Source of the DNA: Bilabrum cf. latius
Lineage: Eukaryota
NCBI GenBank assembly: GCA_965178125.1
Contig: OZ237747.1
Coordinates: forward strand, 620,001 to 684,000
DNA length: 64,000 bases
Direction of reading: 5' to 3'
The notes under the pieces are model-generated. The model did not search any database, was not told where the DNA came from, and saw nothing but the letters and a program-made list of their open reading frames with translations. Both the position numbers and the translations under genes were made by a program. Numbering within the stretch: position 1 is the first letter of the stretch; each line of letters begins with the position of its first letter. Positions 59,791-64,000 of this stretch are shown here, piece after piece.

Positions 59791-61059
59791 TCACAACCGC
59801 TTTTGCGTGCCTGTCTCATGCACCCTGCCCCTTCCTTCGCTCTCCTCTGACGTCGTCTAGTCCACCCAGTCGTCCTGGTGCACGCCGCAATCAAATAGGC
59901 TCTCGTCCTCGTCCCCTACCCTTGGAAGATGAATGAAAGCGTCAGTGCCGTAGCCTTCCATCGATACGATGTTCAAGTCGCCTCCGAAATATCGAGCGTA
60001 CAGCCTGGACAGAGGCAGGCCGTACCCAAGGCCGGCCATGGGCGTGGAGGTGCTGAAGTCTCCCCCCTCCATCACCCGGTCCAGCACACTGCCCTCCTTC
60101 TCGTCTTGTGCCCAGGTCGTGTAGAAGTACGAAAACATGCGAGAGACCCCCTTCCTGTGGATGCCCCCGCCCTCGTCGGCCACCTTGATCACGATGTCTT
60201 CGTTCTCTGGCCCCGCTGCCACGATGATTCTCACGGGAGGCATAGTGGAGAAGTCCTCTCCGTGCCTCTCCCACACTGCCCGCAGCGAGTTCTTGACCAG
60301 CTCGAACACGATGAGCCTCAGGTGCGAGGGGATGTAGCTGAACCGGAACTCTTCGTCGCCAATGATTTGCACCTCTGGCACGTCCCCGAACTCTCTCTCA
60401 GCCATGTACTGGGCGTCTTCTGCCGCCATCCTGCACACTTGGACTGGCGATAGCTTCGTGTTAATAATGCCGACGTAGCCCTCCATCACGTCGTGCAGGG
60501 CCAGGTGCTGCTCGATCAGGGTACGAATGCCTATCCGTGCGGAGAAGAATGCATCTAGAAACTTGTGAACCCTCTTTTCCATGTGCTGAGGCATGCCGTC
60601 CGACCGGGGGTCCGCGTATCCCTGCTCCCTCCTAAACTGCTAGATCCCAGCTGCCATGGTGACCAGGGTGGAATTGTGGCGCTCGTATATCGACTGTATC
60701 AGCTCCTTGACCTTAGCTTCGTCTTCTATGGATACGGGGGCATCACACTCCCTCAATTCCTTGAAGCTGGAGCGGTACCAAGCAGCAACCTGATGCACGC
60801 TCTGCGTTTCGCTGAGCCCGAACGGGAGGCTCTCTAGCTCAACTATTCGATGTGCGAATCGAATCGGCAGCTCCTTGTGTAAAAACTGAGCGGCACGCAA
60901 CAAAGTCAAACCTCGCTTCTCTTCCACATGTTTCGGGTCCGTTGGCAAAGGCTGCGCGCCGTCTGCCACCCCTGTCTGTCCGAACACCTCTAGCATTCGC
61001 AAGGATATGCTGGATTGCTTGACTTTGCTTGCCTGCCAAATATCTCGATCTAAATCGTC
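59791..61059 (-). CDS. Mitochondrial pyruvate dehydrogenase kinase / BCKD kinase family protein (upstream exons unresolved, probably up to ~61400)
   Basis: AQFLHKELPIRFAHRI, RIGIRTLIEQH, FELVKNSLRA, KVADEGGG, AGLGYGLPLSRLYARYFGG and EGYGTDA. TAG at 60640 (AGI*QF) and 59857; first TGA at 59791; acceptor CTGCAG at 61060-61065. Confidence 0.9.
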
Positions 61060-61977
61060 CTGCAGTGAAGGGCTTACGGCTGAGACGCGGCAATGTGGGA
61101 ATCGCTGATGATCGCAGCACGCGGCAAGCTTCGAAACGGAGCAGTATGCGAGAACACTTGGCACTGTGAGCCCGTGCCCAAGTGTATACCAAAATTATGA
61201 TGCCCAAACCAAACAAAGCTTTTATAATTTCCCGAGGGACGCTCTTATGTCTCAAAGCATGGTTCTGCTAACTACAATCGACGACAGTCAACCAGCAATC
61301 AAGCACGAGCTCACCGATGAAGTCCAGGCTGATGCACTAGCTCTTCTCATCCCCACCTGCCTGCGACGCAAACATGTTGAAATCAATCTCCTTGACACTG
61401 TCCTCGATACCAAATTCTACATCTAATCTTTAAAAGTGGGCGAGTGACTGGAAGATAGTTCTGCCGGTAGGGTGAAGGTTCGTCAATCCGGACTGGAGCC
61501 GCCGAACTTCGAGCGGGAAATCTGGCCGAGAACACCATGTCATATGTTTCCGTTTTTCTAGATGAATTCTACACCGATTGAAGTTCCAAAAAGTGCATCT
61601 TGTTTCGGAAATCTTTGAGTATGTGACTAGTAACCTTGACGTGAAGTTAGTGCTCTGTGCACCCCAAAAATCGGTGGCTCATCAATCCGGAACGCTGCAA
61701 CTACACCACGAGCAATGAGTTCGGTATTTTGCCGCCGCGCACATGCTGTTGCTGAAGTGTTAGCTTTATGGTGTGGTAAATATCTTTCGATGGCTGGCAT
61801 GCTAAGAACGGATATCATCGCGGAATGGCGAGTCCGGCCACGATTCGGACCGCTGTGCCGAACTGCAACTTGTCGATTTACTCTCGGAAAAATTAGGTAT
61901 AGGCAAAGAGAACCGCATGATTGGGATAAAACAAAGTTTTAAATCATGCTTCTAGTTGCTTGGAAAAAATAGCGAGC

Positions 61978-64000
61978 TCAGGAGCTTCCACCTGTGGCCT
62001 CATCTTCGATCTGCAGCGGGCGTGGCTTCTGCTCGCTGGCAGCTGCCCGGGCCTTCTCCAGTTCATCACATGCAGATGATGCGGTCGCCGAGACAGACTC
62101 CATCATGCTTATTTGGTCCGTCAGAGCCATGAAAGCGTTGTCATTATCTTCCTCGGTTGCATCCTTGGAACTGGTGACCTCCATAAAGGTACCGAGAGCC
62201 CCAACGACCTTGCCAACTGAGGCAAGCACGGATCGCGTGGCTCCAATTGAAGTACCTGCAGCTGCAATCATAGCTGATACCTTTGTCTTTGCCCACGTGT
62301 CCAGCTGCTTTGAGTTCCAGTACACGCGCGTGTCCTGCGGTCGCCCTTGCCGCTCCTGCTCCAGGGGGTCTCGGCGGCCCCCCGGCTGGGTGGATCGCAG
62401 GCGTTTGGTAGCTCGCTCCACTGCATCGTTCTTGACCTTCTCGAACTGCTCCCCCGCATGTTTCTTTCCCCTCGACGACGCAATCAAAGTCTGCTTCCCG
62501 ATGTCTGACCCATCCATGGCTTCTAGGACTTTTCCGCTCTCCTCCTCGCGTGCCTCCCAGTGCCTCTGCGCCGGCTGGCGCTTCCTCTTCCGACCCAGCT
62601 TCATGTGTTCTTCACGGCCCTTACACTCCGCAATGCGCTTCTTGATGTTAATTTCATGCAGAGGGGTGTCTGAATCGTAGTCCCACAGGCCGCAGTGCGC
62701 GAAGCCACTGTGTACGACATGCCCGGCGGGCTTGTCCCCACTTGGTCGCAAGATGTTGGCGAGGGCGTACGCCACTGCCCTTGGCGTCCAGTCCTTGTTC
62801 GTGTACGTGGTCACCAGCTTTCGAAACTCTGTCTTGAGCGGCTTGAATACCGAAACGTCCTCTACCTGCAGTTCTGCCTGCCGAGGAGTGAGGGGGGATC
62901 GTCACAATGATGAGGCGGTGGGCAAAGGCCCAGGCGATGGTGTCCAAGTCGTAATGTGCCGAGTGTCCGTCTGTGATTAGGATGGACCATTCGTTTGCCT
63001 ACCGCCCCTAGTGGTTGTCAAGATTCCACACCAACTTCTCGATGAAGTCGCGCCAGAGCTTGCTGTTGATGAACGCCTTGGGTGACGAGCGGAGGAGGTC
63101 GCGCCCATGCCGGAGCACCTCCGGGTCCTTCTTGGAGATCTCGCTCACAGTGGGAGGGGGAATGGCGTCACGGTGTTTGCCCTTTGTGATGTAGATGCTA
63201 CACACATGCTTGCCGTCTGCATCCAACGCACACAGCAGCGTGGTGGTGTGCCTCGTTCCGTACTCGACGGCGTTGCAATCCTTGGCAGTTGGCCTCCAAG
63301 CGCTAGCCTCGGGGTGATTTGATGCTCCCCCGGAAGCAGCCGAGCTACTGCTTGATGATGATGAAGATGATGGAGCCCCTGTTGAGACAAGACCTGCTGT
63401 AACTGCAGCACAGCACTGGAACCCGGACTCATTGCACACGACCACTTGACGGCGCAGTTGGATCTTGAACGTCTTGAATAGGCGGCGCAGGATGGCGAAC
63501 AGCTCCCTGACGCTGCTAGCCCTAACTAGGAATCGTTCTGGCTAGTAGTTCTCATTACGCCGCGCAGAAATCTTGAACCGCTTCTTGAATCCCTTGAGCC
63601 AGCCACGACACAGCTTGTCGTACTTGCGACGGGGGAACGCTTTCTTCATATACAGGTCTTGCCAATAGTTAGCGAAAGAAATGATGAAGTCTGGATGTGG
63701 ATGAACACCTGATCTATTCAGCTCCGAAATGAGAAGCTCCAGCTATTCCTCTGCTTCCCTAGGCAATGTCGGATTTGAACCGCCTCTCGCACCGACCGTT
63801 TGTCCGGCTGCTGCCTTCTTCACCCAGTCAGAGGCAGTCGAAGATGGAATGTCCAGACCCCGTGCTTTCAGATGGGATAGAGCATCCTATTGACTATTCA
63901 TCTGGCTCAAAACCAGGATAAAAAGCTCGAATTTGGCGCTTTTTTGGGCGTCGCTTGGGAACCACTTGGGGTTCCATCGCCACCTCGCACGCGCGTTTAC
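61978..64000 (-). mobile_element. Pogo/Fot-like (Tc1-mariner superfamily, CENP-B HTH + DDE_1) transposase, probably inactivated; runs off the right edge
   Basis: 'GWLKGFKKRF', 'TTLLCALDADG', 'LITDGHSAH' and 'IPPHSS-AELQVEDVSVFKPLK' (35 residues between the 2nd and 3rd Asp). A 4-nt duplication (TGCC x2, 62875-62882) shifts the frame; the first catalytic site reads CNESG. Five in-frame TAG; ends TGA. TIRs not identified. Confidence 0.8.

Noticed and set aside
61430-61975. Transposon terminal inverted repeat or endogenous virophage end
   Set aside because: AT-richer DNA, but the partner end is outside the window and no TIR, TSD or viral gene can be identified.
1-64000. Mass pseudogenisation, C-to-T hypermutation or sequencing error as the source of internal stops
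   Set aside because: Such processes would also create TAA, TGA and frameshifts. Only TAG occurs, frames are intact over more than 13 kb, and conserved housekeeping genes are affected.
1-64000. Pyrrolysine decoding or A-to-I editing (UAG to Trp)
   Set aside because: Pyrrolysine is prokaryotic and gene-restricted. TAG contexts match Gln or other polar positions, not Trp. U-to-C editing is not formally excluded without RNA data.
1-64000. tRNA (including a CUA-anticodon tRNA), rRNA or eRF1 gene
   Set aside because: None recognised by eye in this window; tRNAscan-SE would be needed.

Overview
GC-rich, gene-dense, intron-poor eukaryotic nuclear DNA from a flagellated protist. It is Cafeteria/bicosoecid-like in style, but that placement is only an impression. 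The main signal is a non-standard genetic code. About 100 in-frame TAG codons (hand count) interrupt essentially every gene, while the frame, conserved motifs and domain structure continue straight through them. Every gene end I could place is TGA or TAA, never TAG. Conserved positions and a paralogue alignment indicate UAG = Gln with UAA and UGA still stops (NCBI table 15 logic). Under that code the fragmented ORF track collapses into about 16 genes: a SPAG17/PF6-like gene, three ankyrin-repeat genes in a duplicated ~4 kb module, a ~1,980-aa NRF/acyltransferase-3-like protein, Spc25, PRKRIP1, a CENP-E-like kinesin, a ~4,800-aa cadherin/IPT/multi-TM protein, a PKD/YfaP-like membrane protein, a truncated RAD51 paralogue, ALG3, a secreted GPI-like protein, a Dispatched/Patched-family protein, a PDK/BCKDK kinase and a decayed pogo/Fot-like transposase that also uses TAG as sense. 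All translations, counts and family calls were made by eye without database searches.
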